From contig CBFFRQ010000069.1 in NCBI GenBank assembly GCA_965644315.1, positions 372,001 to 436,000 on the forward strand: DNA of 64,000 nt, given 5' to 3'. Under the pieces are notes generated by a model. It did no database searches. It was not told the origin of the DNA and worked only from the letters and a program-made list of their open reading frames with translations. This document shows positions 1 to 11,029 of the stretch, piece by piece (the first letter of the stretch is position 1; each line of letters begins with the position of its first letter). The translations under genes and the position numbers were made by a program. The DNA comes from Caecitellus pseudoparvulus (taxonomy: Eukaryota > Protista > Bigyra: Bicosoecida).

Positions 1-2476
1 GTCAGCACTGTGTCCACAGGCAACAAGAAGGACGAGCCATTCGCGTTGGTGAGGCGCACAGTCTGAGCTGCCCGGCGCTGCACAGCAACTGGGCTGCGCA
101 GGGCTGTGGGTGTGCCAGCGACTGACACAGAAAGTGAGGCAAAAATGCCCGACGCGCCCGCAGTCGGCAACTGAGACCCGAAGCCAGACGGCTGCGACAG
201 CGCAGAGATGCCTGAAATGCGCTGCCCTGACACACTCCCGAGCGGTCCCCGGGAGCCAGCAGTTGTGACCGGACTGGGCACCAGACTCCCTGGTACTTCT
301 CGCAGTGCTGCAAGGGTTCGACGAGTCTCTTGGTCCCAAGAAGCCCTCTCGGCCGCTGCGCTCGTGCTGAGTGCAGCCCTCCACTCGGCTTCGATGGTCT
401 CCTGGGGAATGCTGCCCAGGTCGCTGGCTGCCGCGGGCACTGGCATGCACTCTGCATCCACAGCGCTTAAATCAGCGTCCTCTTGACCAGGGTCCTCCAG
501 CTCTCGAGGCGTGGCTTGGACGCGGTAAGAGGTCAGGCTCAGCTCCCTCGCCCAGGGGGAGCCCGTGCCGAGAGAGAACCGCGTCTGGGCTCCGCTCACA
601 AAGAGGGGGGTGGCCCCACCGCCACCAACGCTCCGCCGGCGCCCACGGCCATTTTGAGGCAGGTCGGCACTGGACACAACAGGCACCTCCCTGCCCATGG
701 CCAGCACGTCAGCTCTCGGCAGCCTGCCGCGCCTGATGAAGGGGTGGCTCAGCAGCTCCGACACCGGCGCCCGCACTCGTGGAACAGGGGTCAGGCACCT
801 ACTCAAAAAGTGCTGCAGCTCCGGGGATGTCATCGGTGGCAGGCGCTTGGACAGGTCAATTAAGACTGCCGAGCGCTCGGAGTCAGGCGTGGAAGCTGTG
901 CTGGCATCTTGAGGTGGAAGGCTGGCAATTCGGCGGAGGTCCGGCAAATTCACAGGGCCCAGTGGTGCTGGCCCTGGAAACATGCTCAGACTCCGCACTT
1001 TCGCCATGCCCTTGGGGGGCAGTGACGCGCGAGGTGTCCTGTGGCTGCGGGGGGGCAGCCCACCCGTCGTGGCGGAGCGCCCCGGAGCATCCGCGACTGG
1101 CGTGCTTGCACGCTGAGGCGGGTCTTGATCCACGGATGACTCACGGGCCAAGGTGTGAGACGCCCCTTCCTCTGACTGGGGGGCGCGAATGGCTGGGAGC
1201 GGGGATGGCATGCTGCCGCCAGCGCCAGCCGCTTCTTGCGGCGGCCCGCCCAGGCGAAGGGTGCTCCCTGACTGTGATGACTGCTGATCCCGAGGACTGC
1301 CAGAGGACGTGCTGCCCGTATCTTCCGCCTGTGCACTTTGTGTGGCTTCGTCGGGGCATGGGATGGAGAGGGCGGGGTTTCCCAGCAACATCTGCAGCGC
1401 CATGGCACCCACTGCCCACGTGTCCACTTTCCTGCTCAGCTTGACCTTGCCACTGGCCGTTGTCAGGCGCAAGCGAGCTGCTGAGCCAAACCCGGTGATT
1501 TTCACAGTACCTGACCCGGACAGGAGGGCGCTGTCGCAGGACAAGGAACCATGCACGACGGAGCAGCTGTGCAGGTGGGCCAGGCCGCTGAGGATGTGCC
1601 GGGTGTACCGAGCAACGACGTCTTCTGACAGCCGGCCGAAGCGCGTGAGCAGAGATCGCAGAGTGCCACCAGGCGCATACTCAGTGAACATGCGGAACAC
1701 TTTCGGCTGCTGCTCCACACCAAGGTATGAGATAACGTGCCGATGCCTCGACTCTCGCAGGATGCGGCGCTCCATCTGGGTGGCCCTGATGGCATCCGAC
1801 ATGCTGACACGGGGGACGCTTGGTGATGACACCCCGCCACTGGATGCATCCTGCGAAGGAGGTGGCTGCAAGCCAAGGTGATCACTGCCGAGAGGCACAA
1901 ACTTTGGTGAGGCGGCGTTTCACCCCGACCGCCGGGAGAAGGCCAAGCTCTGCTCAGGGGTAAGGGCCAGGGAGACGTCACGCACATCAGTGTACTGTCC
2001 TGGGTCTGCATCTGTCCGTATCTCTTTCATCGTCATGAAGCGCCCGCTGTGGGTGCGAGGAGAGGGTGCAATGCCGCAAGCCGCGAAACGCCACCAGCAA
2101 CGATTGCCGCACCTGGACACGTCAATGCACATGTATATGGGACCCAGCTGCCCCCTCCCAATACACCTCCCAATCTGATATCCTCTGAGCTGCTTCGATG
2201 ATCTGTGATGTTCACGCAGGGCCGTGCAGCTCTGCCCAGGCTTTGCGTAGGTGCGCGGCGCACCTGTGCTGCGCTCGAACGTCGCCGACAGAGCTCGAGG
2301 CACGCGGCCCTTCGCTGGCAAAGGACATGCTCCCCGAGGGTCACTAGGTTGCGTGTCAGCCAGGGTGCCCCTCCTGCCTGGAGTGCAGTGCTGGCCTCGT
2401 CGGCGCGCAGCACGCCCGGCGGCCAGTGTCCACAACAGCGGACACACACTCTCTCGCCTGCACAGCAAGCCTGCAT
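1..2476 (-). CDS. STE/MAP3K-like pseudokinase, multi-exon, 3' end runs off the window
   Basis: Spliced reading gives YQIGRCIGRGQLGPIY (Gly loop), MTMKEI (beta-3 Lys), MERRILRESRHRHVISYLG, FTEYAPGGTLRSLL, ARYTRHILSGLAHLH, KVDTWAVG and FLSRCL...ELLSHPF. The main exon has no stop before position 1, so it is missing from the ORF track. Start codon uncertain. Confidence 0.75.
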
Positions 2477-2636
2477 GGGGCCAAACTGCACTCTAAACAC
2501 CAGATTCTGTGTGTGATAGTACTTTAGATAAATTGATAATATTGTCCACGCAGTGCTGGCCATGGCTGGCAACCCAGCAACGTGTGACTCGCCGCTGCAT
2601 TTCGCACGTGCCACCGCAGGACGCTGTCCGGCGCTG

Positions 2637-5600
2637 TCACCTCTCAAGCAACGCAGAAGCATCAATGTGAGAGATTCGATGCCTCACATCCTTCATGGTC
2701 TGTGCATCTGCAGAGCGCTGAATGCGGAAGAACTCCCCTGATGTGACCTGCACAATGCTGGCCCAGCCGTTGCTGTGAGCGGCCAGGGCACGCAAGTTGC
2801 CGCGAATCTCCGCTGCCGCCCGAGGTGCGCCGGAATTGCGCGCAGCAGCGCCGAGCTTCTCCACTAGCTCAGCCAGCGGCAGCACCGAGCGCTTTGCTTG
2901 GATGAACTGCATGGCCACTGCATCCAGCAAGGGAGGCAAGTCCCTGCTCAACGCCGCCGCACGCGAGGCAGCCTTGGCCTGGGCCGTGCTGGCACCCGCA
3001 GCAGCCTCTGTGCGCCGCTGCGAGCGGGCGAGGAGCTGCGGTGCGGCACGGGCGAGGAAGGCCAGTTCTGGCGGCAGCGACGCGCCCGTGGCACTGGCGA
3101 CACTTCCCGCCTCCGTCGTGGCATCGCTGGGGTGGTGCTGATGGGGCCGCTGTGCCAGCAGGCGAGACGCACGTTCCCGGGCTGAGGCGGGCCGGGCAGC
3201 TCCCGTGTGCACACGCCGTCCCGCACGCAGCAGTGCAGCTTCGCCCTCGCACAGGCCTGTGTGGCGCGAGGCGACGGACGAGGCGGGTGTGAGGGCGGCA
3301 CCTGTGGCGGTGGAGGCGGCGGCGGGGGATGCCCGACTGCCAGCCAGCGCACGAGCGACGCTGGTGGTGGTGGTGTGTGTCCCCAGCGTGGTGCCAGTGT
3401 CCAGCCCCCCCCCGCCACCCTTGCGAGCCTCCCCGCCACCTGCCACGCCAGCCAACAGCACCCCTGAGTTGCCCACCACCCGCACTGGCGTGGTCATGTC
3501 TGCCGCTGCCCGAGGGGCCTTGGCGGGGCTGCCGGGGTGGTGAGCCAGGCGAGCCGCGCTGGCCGTGCGCTTGTGGCTGCGGGGAGGGGACAGGGGCAGC
3601 CCTGCCGCCGCCTGCAGCGCCCGTGTCAGCGTGGGCGTCGTGGTGGCGGCGGCAAGGAGGTCCCGCGCGCCGGCGGGCCGGGCTGCGGGGGGCGGTGCCA
3701 CCGGCGCTCGGGGAATGGGCACAGCGTCCACTTTGAAGTGGGGGTGCCACGCGCGGTGTGTGGCGACGGCGGGCGGCACGCTGCCCGCCACCGTGCGCAG
3801 GAAGGCCCTGTGTGCGGTGCGGGCGACGTCCCACGCAGCCTTGGCGAAGGCGCGCCGGCGGTGGGTGAGGGTGGTCTGGGAGTGCGCCTCGCCCCCCGGC
3901 CACTCCACCACCACGCGCCACGTGCGCTTGTCCAGGGCCTGTGCCCCCACCACCGGCTGCCCCGACGCGTTCATGCACTTGGTGGAGAGGCGGTACAGGT
4001 CAGGCGCCACGCCTGCCAGCTCCTCCAGGTGGCCCTGGTTGAAGGTGTGCCGCACCACTGCCTGCACCGACGGCTTGAGCATGTCGAAGGTGAGCAGTGC
4101 GGAGCGGCCCCGCCGCCGCCACTGCATGTGCATGACGGTGTCCAGGCCAGCGGAGAAACGCACCAGCATGCCCAGGGCCAGGGGCAGCAGCGCACGTGGC
4201 AGGGCAGGTGCCCCTGCCGCCACCCCCTGCTCAGGGGCTTGGGGACTCGTGGCCGGGCCAGCTGTGGAAGGGGGGCGGGGGGCCCCTGCTCGAAGTGCCG
4301 CTCGCGCCGCGTCAATGGCGGAGGGCTGAGCCCGGATGGGGGACGGCGGGGGCTGGGCTTCACCCTCCTGCTGGCGCCTGCCGCTGAGAAAAGCGTCAGC
4401 AGAGGCGCCACGCAGCCTGCCCTGTGTGCGCTTGCGGCGGGGGGGGTCAGTGGACGCCGAGTGGGGGGGGCTGGGGGGCACTAGCGCTGCCGCCGCCTGG
4501 GCTGCGCCAGTGCCCTCGCTCGCATGGCTGTCCAGCAGGGACCGAACGGAGACGAGGGACTTCGTGGAGCCCCGAGACCGCACACTGGCGGTGTCGCCGG
4601 TGGGTGCCGAATCCGTGCGTGCAGCAGCTACCTGCTGCAAGGCGCGGGCGCGGGCTGATCGCGTGGGGCGGCGTGTGTGTGCGCCTGCCAAGTCTCCAAA
4701 GCGCTGTCGCAGCGACCGCACGGTGGCACTGCGCAGGGCTGCTGAGCCGCCAGGACTGCCCTCTGGCCGGTCAGGAGACGACACCTGCTGGGCTGTCGTG
4801 TCGTCATCTGACGCCGAGTCGTCGGTGGTGGCCATGGCTGCCAGGCGGCGGGCGGGGCCGTGGCGGCGCAGGTGCAGCGCAGAGGCGCTTGACCCGCGTT
4901 GGCGGCTGTCAACTGGAGGGAGAGGTGGGCTGCTCGGGGAGTGCGGCCGCTCAGGGGACAGGTCCAAGGCAGCACCACCCTGGAGACTGGACAACACCAC
5001 GCCGCCGTTGTGCTGGGGGCTGCCATCCGCCACCCAGTCGTCCCGCAGACTGGAGGCGCCAGCTGCGGTAATTGAGTGCTCAGACTCCCCCTCCGGTGTG
5101 CCTGGAGACGTCAGTTCACAGGCAGATGGGGAGGCGAAAGATGCTGCTCTGGATCGACGAGGCGGTGTGCTGGGGGAATCAGCCGCCCGGGCGACGCGGC
5201 GCGGCACTGCCGGCGGCGGCATGATGGCAGGCCGCGCAGAGATGTCGTCAGCACCATGGCCTGCAGGCGACGTTGCTGAGCGTCCCCTGGCCGCCGCCAC
5301 GCCGCCTGCGTCGGGACGCGGGTCGCTGCCCTCTGCTTCAAAGTCAGCCATGAGGTTTCGGGGTGCAAGGCGTGCCTCCCGCTGCCTGCGCAGCGCCTGC
5401 TGTCGCTGGCCTTCCCGCACCGCCTGGGCGTGAAGTTGCAGCTGGTTGGGAGGTGAGGCGGCGCGCTGCTGCCCACGGGGCGGCGTCTGCACCGGACTAG
5501 CAGCCTCCTCGGGTGAATATGACATGGGGTCTTGAGTCTGCGCCGCCTCTTCCGTGCCGTGCTCTGCAGCTTGCACAGTGGCCTGTTCTGTGCCACTGCC

Positions 5601-5669
5601 ACGTGCGGAAGATGAAACGCTGCTCACGCCCGCCGACACAGGTGGGGTGTGTGTGCCTTCCGAAGCCAT
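2637..5669 (-). CDS. CDT1: DNA replication licensing factor CDT1-like
   Basis: Middle domain GLDTVM...LTFDMLKPSVQAVVRHTFNQGHLEEL...RRRAF...AHRAFL...WHPHFKVDAVP and C-terminal winged-helix-like FIQAKRSVLPLAELVEKL...LRALAAHSNGW...GEFFRI. Long Ser/Pro-rich N-terminus. Start taken at MASEG. Confidence 0.8.
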   Translation of the reverse strand: MASEGTHTPPVSAGVSSVSSSARGSGTEQATVQAAEHGTEEAAQTQDPMSYSPEEAASPVQTPPRGQQRAASPPNQLQLHAQAVREGQRQQALRRQREARLAPRNLMADFEAEGSDPRPDAGGVAAARGRSATSPAGHGADDISARPAIMPPPAVPRRVARAADSPSTPPRRSRAASFASPSACELTSPGTPEGESEHSITAAGASSLRDDWVADGSPQHNGGVVLSSLQGGAALDLSPERPHSPSSPPLPPVDSRQRGSSASALHLRRHGPARRLAAMATTDDSASDDDTTAQQVSSPDRPEGSPGGSAALRSATVRSLRQRFGDLAGAHTRRPTRSARARALQQVAAARTDSAPTGDTASVRSRGSTKSLVSVRSLLDSHASEGTGAAQAAAALVPPSPPHSASTDPPRRKRTQGRLRGASADAFLSGRRQQEGEAQPPPSPIRAQPSAIDAARAALRAGAPRPPSTAGPATSPQAPEQGVAAGAPALPRALLPLALGMLVRFSAGLDTVMHMQWRRRGRSALLTFDMLKPSVQAVVRHTFNQGHLEELAGVAPDLYRLSTKCMNASGQPVVGAQALDKRTWRVVVEWPGGEAHSQTTLTHRRRAFAKAAWDVARTAHRAFLRTVAGSVPPAVATHRAWHPHFKVDAVPIPRAPVAPPPAARPAGARDLLAAATTTPTLTRALQAAAGLPLSPPRSHKRTASAARLAHHPGSPAKAPRAAADMTTPVRVVGNSGVLLAGVAGGGEARKGGGGGLDTGTTLGTHTTTTSVARALAGSRASPAAASTATGAALTPASSVASRHTGLCEGEAALLRAGRRVHTGAARPASARERASRLLAQRPHQHHPSDATTEAGSVASATGASLPPELAFLARAAPQLLARSQRRTEAAAGASTAQAKAASRAAALSRDLPPLLDAVAMQFIQAKRSVLPLAELVEKLGAAARNSGAPRAAAEIRGNLRALAAHSNGWASIVQVTSGEFFRIQRSADAQTMKDVRHRISHIDASALLER

Positions 5670-6163
5670 TCCCGCTCGCTGCTGCGGGGCGTAACTAGTG
5701 TAGGTCACGTAATCGAAACCACAGAGCGCCCAGTGGCACGGCTTGTCCTCAACTTGTGCCGGCCAGCGCTCTGGCCCTGGCTTCTTGACGCACTTGCGTG
5801 GCAGAGCCGTGCCTCCCTTGACGGCCTCCCATGCAAAGGAACAAGCATCTGGCGACGATGTGCAGTGTGTGTCTCTTTTTGTGTGTGCAATAGAAATGTT
5901 GTCGGGGTTTCTCGGCGAAACGGCTGGAGCCGCCGCACCAAACAAGCTACACGTCTGGCTTGCTCGATTGCTTGCTGCGTGCACCACGCGGTGTGCAGAT
6001 TCCACCCTGAGCTAAAAGCTACTCCACCGTGCACCCAACTCACCCTTCCTGGTGTGCACGGCGTGGCTTGTGCGGCTGTGCTCCCCGTTGCCACCTGCGT
6101 CGCCAGGACGCTCGGGCCTGAATCGCCAGCCTCCCCGCCCGGCCCACTCTCAAGCCCGCGACC

Positions 6164-7687
6164 ATGGACCAGGCAGCTTTCCGAGCCATGGTGGCAGCTG
6201 CAGGCTCCACTGTGCAGGAAGCTCCCGTGAAGCCAGCCAAGGTGAAGCAGGCGCAGCAGCGGCCGAAACACGGAGGCGGCGGGGCGAGGAGGTGGGCAAT
6301 TTCCGCATGCGCACCCTCAAGCCAGTCACGACTGAAGCACGTGCCGCTCCTTGCGCAGGAGAGCCCACGCGGGTGACCAAGGCGGGGCTGCGAACTCTGC
6401 TGCCAACTACACTGACCGAGCAGCACTGCGGCGGGCGGGGGACTCGAAGCAGGCGTCAGAGCAGGCTTTGTACGACAGCGTGGACGCTGCCAAGAGCCAG
6501 TACTTGGGCGGCGACGCCCAGCACACGCACTTGGTGAAGGGGCTGGACAAGTCCCTGCTGAAGCAAGAGCGGCTGCGGCTGCAGAGTGAGACTGTAGCAG
6601 CGAATCCCCAGCGCACCGCTCCCTCCCTCGACGCACCAGCGGCCTTGGCCGGCAGTGGGCCAGACACCTTCGAAGCGTTTCACGCGGCAGCTGCAGGGCG
6701 GGCTGCCGCTGCCATGCGTGGTGGAGGGGTGGGGCAGCGCACACACACTGCGCTGGGCGGTGAGGTGCTGGCGTTGCTGGAGTCAGTGGAGTACAACGCA
6801 GGAGAGGCGGCGAAGTACGCCCCGTCAGGCGCCACGCCCCCCTCGCAGGCGGCAGGAGGCAGCCTCGCGTCTGCCCTGTCGGCAGCCCTTGGCCTCAAGA
6901 CCGCCAGTGGGCACGCCAAGTGGCACCCCGGGCGCACGACGCTGCAGTACTCCCTGTCGTGGGCCGGTGACGCTGGCATGCCCACCATGCTGCTGCGCTC
7001 AGCTGACGACTGCCCACCACCGCCCCAGGGCGTCACAGATGCGAGCGAGCCAGGCATCAAGGAGTGTATTGTGGCTGCGCTGATGGCGCCTGCCAAGGCG
7101 GCAGGGGGGGGTGGCAGGGGGGTGCCACCCCCCCCTGCCACCCGTCCGGCTCCCGCCCCTGCCCCCCCTGCAGGTGAGGAAGGCGGCAGCAGCGACGATG
7201 AGCTGTTCCCTGACGCGGCGGAGTACACGGACATCGACGACGTGGGGGGGCAAGAGGGGGGGGGGGCGCCCATGACGCTGAGGGTGGCGGGGGCGGCGAG
7301 GAGGGGGGGGAAGCGGCGGAAGCGGCGTTCAAGGCGGCCTTTGCGCCAGTGGTGGTGGAGGAGGGGGAGGAGGAGGAGGAAGCGGGCACTGTGGACGCCA
7401 AGGGTCGCCTGCGTGGCCTGGGCGCCAACACAGCTGCCTTGGGCGATGCTGGGTATGGGTATGGCGAGCAGTTCACCGGCGGCATTGGCGATGTTGGGGA
7501 GGAGGAGGAGGAGGAGGAGGGCGGTGGGCCGCGCAAGCGGGGGCGGGAGGTGAGCGAAGAGGAGTCTGCTCGGCGTGAGGCTAGGCGCCAGGCACAGCGC
7601 GCCGCGAGCCGCTTCGAGAAGGAGTTCAACACGGTGCAGGGGCTGATGGCGAAACGCGCTGCGAAGCGCCCGCGCAAGGACAGCTAG
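6164..7687 (+). CDS. IK: Protein RED (IK/Smu-2) spliceosomal factor; one intron and an apparent frameshift at G11 (7256-7266)
   Basis: MDQAAFRAMV start; YTDRAALRR and SQYLGGDAQHTHLVKGLDKSLL match the RED N-terminal signature. The acidic C-terminus continues in the 7349..7687 frame. Confidence 0.8.
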
Positions 7688-8206
7688 CGTGGCGCACGCC
7701 GAGAGGCAAAGAAGGCCCGAAGGAGGCTGGCAGCTTCCTCTGCGCAGACACCGCCCTCGACGGCGGGGGTGTGGTTGCTGCCAGGCACGGGGTGCAGGGA
7801 CACCAGTCCACCACAGGCGCCGAACTTGGGAGACGGCGCACCGTACACGACGCGGCCGATGTGGTGCAAGCACGCCGCGCCATAGCACATGATGCAGGGC
7901 TCCACAGTGCAGAAGAGTTCGTATCCGTCCAGACGGCTGGCCTGCAGCGCTGAGCAGGCGGCCTGCGCAGGGCGCAGACGTGGCAGGTGTTTCGTGCGCG
8001 TTTCAGGTCTTCGCACGCCGGCACGCCCGGACCTGCATTGCATTCAGCTCAGCGTGGGAGGTCGCGGTGCCCACGCCATTCACAGCTGTGGCAACTAGAT
8101 CAGCTTCTGCTCCGCGCCTTGCAACTATCCCGGCAGCGATGGGGACCACTCCCTTCGCCCCACGTGCCAAGTCCAGCAGCTCGCGCATGATGGCGACATC
8201 CCGCAT
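7684..8206 (-). CDS. tRNA-specific adenosine deaminase (TadA/ADAT2-type), one intron
   Basis: SHAELNAM, then LFCTVEPCIMC (HxE...PCxxC zinc site), IGRVVYGAPSPKFGACG and LLRAFF. Confidence 0.85.
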
Positions 8207-8318
8207 GCTGAGGTTGGCTGGCAGGGGCCACGCAGGATCAGAAGGCGACCCTGGACGACGTGCAGGCTGCCGGGGCAAGGCAGCTGTGGCCTGTAGCTTG
8301 GTCTTCGAAAATGCAGCC

Positions 8319-8846
8319 TCAGCTCCACTGTGGCCCTCGCGGCGGCGGCACGTCCCTGTCCATGAACTTGAAGCGCCGCAGATTGGCCTTGTGCCGTGCC
8401 AGTTGGTCAGGGTCGACGTTGCCCTCCCTCCAGCTGGAGATGGCGCGTTCCCCAGGGCCCTTGCCGACGCCCTCCACCACTTGGCCCCCCCGCACAACGT
8501 AGTGCCCCCTCCTGCGCTCAGGCGACTCTGTTCGCTGCGCGAGGGCGACCTTCGCTGCCTTGGACAGCTGTGTCTTGATGTATGCGAGGTCCTGCTCGGC
8601 CTGTTCCAGCGCTGCCTGTGCCCTGTGTGTTGGGACGGCAGCGTGCGTGGTGCGGGATGGAAACGCAGGCGAAACGGAGGGCGGCATGGCCACGCGCCCC
8701 GCTCACTTCTTGGGACAGGCCAGCTTGCGCCCCTTTGCGAAATCCCCCTTGACCTGCTGCAGCAGCATGCTTTGTTGGGCACCGGGCTTCATGCTGCCCA
8801 CCGCTGCCAGCAGGTGCCGATACACTGTCAATGCCCGAGCAGCCAT
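8319..8846 (-). CDS. LYR-motif-like (Complex1_LYR-type) small protein, one intron
   Basis: ALTVYRHLLAAV...VKGDFAKGR resembles the LYR...F pattern. A GTGAG...CAG intron (about 8624-8706) joins it to AQAALEQAEQDLAYIK...NVDPDQLARHKANLRRFKF. Confidence 0.55.
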
Positions 8847-8945
8847 GGCAGCTTGTTGCGTGGCAAAGGGTGGCAGCACACTGCCCGCAGGCAGGCACAA
8901 ACAACATGATGCATTTGGCATTGTGGTCCACGCGTGACGTGCCGG

Positions 8946-10634
8946 TCAAGCCTTGCTCTCCGAGAGGCCCCCCTGCCCTCCTGACGCGCGCAGGGCTGAG
9001 ATGCCTTGCCGAGCCTCCGCCTCCACGCGCTCCGCGAGAGTCACGGCGAACGACGGCGAGCAGTACTCCACGACCTCGGGCGGGAAGTTGTCGTTCACGG
9101 CGTCCACCAGCTCGCTCACCCCCGCGTCGGCGGTGTCCAGGGACTGAATGAGTTTCAGCCCCCCGCTGGCCACCAGGGCCCGCCGCTGGGCCTGGTCCTC
9201 TGGCAGCACCTCCACGAACCGCGCCAGGAGCAGCTTGAGGGTGCGGGTGGGCGCAATGGGCAGCAGGGGCTGCATGGCTGCCAGGTGCCGGCAGTGCGTC
9301 AGCGTCACCCGCAGCGCACGCTGGGCCTTGTCTCGCAGGTCGTCGCTGGCCTCTTCGTGCAGCATGGCAGCCATGAGGTGGCGTAATACGTCTGCCTCCG
9401 CCAGCACCTGCGCATGCTCCACGCCGTGCTTGCCGCACTGCCCCAGTGCCCACACCGCCGCCGCCTTGATGTGGTCCTCTGGCTCCGTCACCAGCGCATC
9501 CTTCAGCACCGGCACGCCGCCGCTGTGCATGACCGCCATGGCCAGCGTCTCGCTGTAACTGGCCACGAAGCCCAGGGCCATGATGGCGGGCAGGCGCGCG
9601 TTGCCGTGGCAGTCCCCCATGTAGTCCACCAGGAACCCCAGCCCCGTCGCCCGCACCACCAGGGCCGCCAGCTCCTCGCTGTGCTTCACCACCTCCCGCA
9701 CCGCCGCCACGGCGTTCTTGCGCACGTACACGTCGGCGTCCTGCGTCAGGTGCAGCAGGTCTGGGAAGATGCCGCCCTCCACTGCCTGCTCGGCCAGGGG
9801 CAGGCTGTGCTTGATCACCTGCGCCAGGCAGTTGGAGGTCTGGCGCTTCACCTTGGCGTCGGTGGAGGACAGCAGCGCCGCCAGGGTGGGCAAGACGCCT
9901 GCCTCCGTCACCGCCTCCGCCAGCTCTGGCGTGTGCTTGGCGATGTCGCCCAGCGCCGCGACGCAGGCGCGCACCAGGGCGGGCTGCGGCTCCCGCGCGC
10001 TGACGACGAGGCTGGGCAAGGCGTCGGCTTGCACCACCTGCGTCGCTGTGGCGGGGGAGTGGCTGGCCAGGACGCCCAGGGACAGCGCGGCTGCCTCCCG
10101 CACTGCGCTGTCCAGGTGAGTCAGCGCCAGCACCAGCACTGGCGCCGCGCCCGCCTCAACACAGCACTGCCCCAGCTCCTCGCTGTGCTTGGCCACCGCC
10201 CGGATGACGAAGGCGCCGGCTTTGAGGTGGGCGGGGGCCACGCCCTCGCGGGCCATGGACGTCGTCAGCTCGCTGAGCACGTCGCTGGTGACGAGCTCAG
10301 TCGCCAGCTCTGTGCTGTACGAGGCCAGGCGGCCCAGCGCCATGGCAGCGAGCTGCTGCACCGTTGGCAACTGCGAAGGTGGCGTGGAGATGGTGGGCGT
10401 GTTGAGTCGGTGCTGTGAGTGGGCTGGTGCGAGGGCGCGGCCAGCAGGCCCTGCCTGCGCCAGGCGGCCACTCACGCGGTCATGCAGCAGCTTCTTGAGC
10501 TCAGTGACAGCGCCCTCCTCCAGCAGGCTCTCGAGGTAGTGCGGCTTGCTGGCCATGTCGGCGATGTCTGTCACATACGCCAGCCGCGCCTTTTGGAACT
10601 TCTCGAAGCTGTTGCGCACCACACGCGCTGCCAT
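8946..10634 (-). CDS. SPAG6: Sperm-associated antigen 6 / PF16 central-pair armadillo-repeat protein
   Basis: FEKFQKARLAYVTDIADMA, VQQLAAMALGRLA, AFVIRAVAKHS, GNARLPAIMALGFVA, EPEDHIKAAAVWALGQCGKH and FPPEVVEYCSP. Probable in-frame intron at about 10371-10474. Confidence 0.93.
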   Translation of the reverse strand: MAARVVRNSFEKFQKARLAYVTDIADMASKPHYLESLLEEGAVTELKKLLHDRVSGRLAQAGPAGRALAPAHSQHRLNTPTISTPPSQLPTVQQLAAMALGRLASYSTELATELVTSDVLSELTTSMAREGVAPAHLKAGAFVIRAVAKHSEELGQCCVEAGAAPVLVLALTHLDSAVREAAALSLGVLASHSPATATQVVQADALPSLVVSAREPQPALVRACVAALGDIAKHTPELAEAVTEAGVLPTLAALLSSTDAKVKRQTSNCLAQVIKHSLPLAEQAVEGGIFPDLLHLTQDADVYVRKNAVAAVREVVKHSEELAALVVRATGLGFLVDYMGDCHGNARLPAIMALGFVASYSETLAMAVMHSGGVPVLKDALVTEPEDHIKAAAVWALGQCGKHGVEHAQVLAEADVLRHLMAAMLHEEASDDLRDKAQRALRVTLTHCRHLAAMQPLLPIAPTRTLKLLLARFVEVLPEDQAQRRALVASGGLKLIQSLDTADAGVSELVDAVNDNFPPEVVEYCSPSFAVTLAERVEAEARQGISALRASGGQGGLSESKA

Positions 10635-11029
10635 GTTGGCGGCTTGCGATGTCGAGTCGGAGGCAGACCGATTTCCGCTCCTGCCCAACCGGCGTCTTGC
10701 CTGTCAACAGGGCAGCCCGCGGCGACAGCACGCAGTTCTTGAGGTTGTACCAGTAACGGGGGTGGGTACCCAGATTTCACTGCAGTGTGCTGTATCCTGA
10801 CACCAGGCTGCGTATCTGCCAGGGGAGTTTGGCCCACGGCTCGCACTGCTGGCGCTGCCCGAGACATGAAGAGTGTCCACTTCAAATTCAAACAAACCCC
10901 CGATTAGAAGGCTGTGAGTGTGTGCGAATTCCTCCCTGTTTTCACTTTCAAGTGCAGCCTCCACGCGCCTCAGGACTGAATGCAAGTGGGGCCAGCCTGC
11001 GGAAATCGAAGGCCAGCCCAACTCGCGAA

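Noticed and set aside
1920-1922. Single in-frame TGA between two same-frame kinase segments (readthrough or selenocysteine?)
   Set aside because: A phase-0 GTGCGT...TTGCAG (or ...TCGCAG) intron removes it cleanly, and TGA acts as a normal stop in many genes here.
7256-7266. Frameshift in the RED gene (programmed frameshift or pseudogene?)
   Set aside because: It falls in a G11 homopolymer, a typical sequencing indel site, and both sides look like intact coding sequence.
7360-7520. (GAG)n and (GTG)n microsatellite-like runs
   Set aside because: They encode poly-Glu and poly-Val tracts within the CDS.
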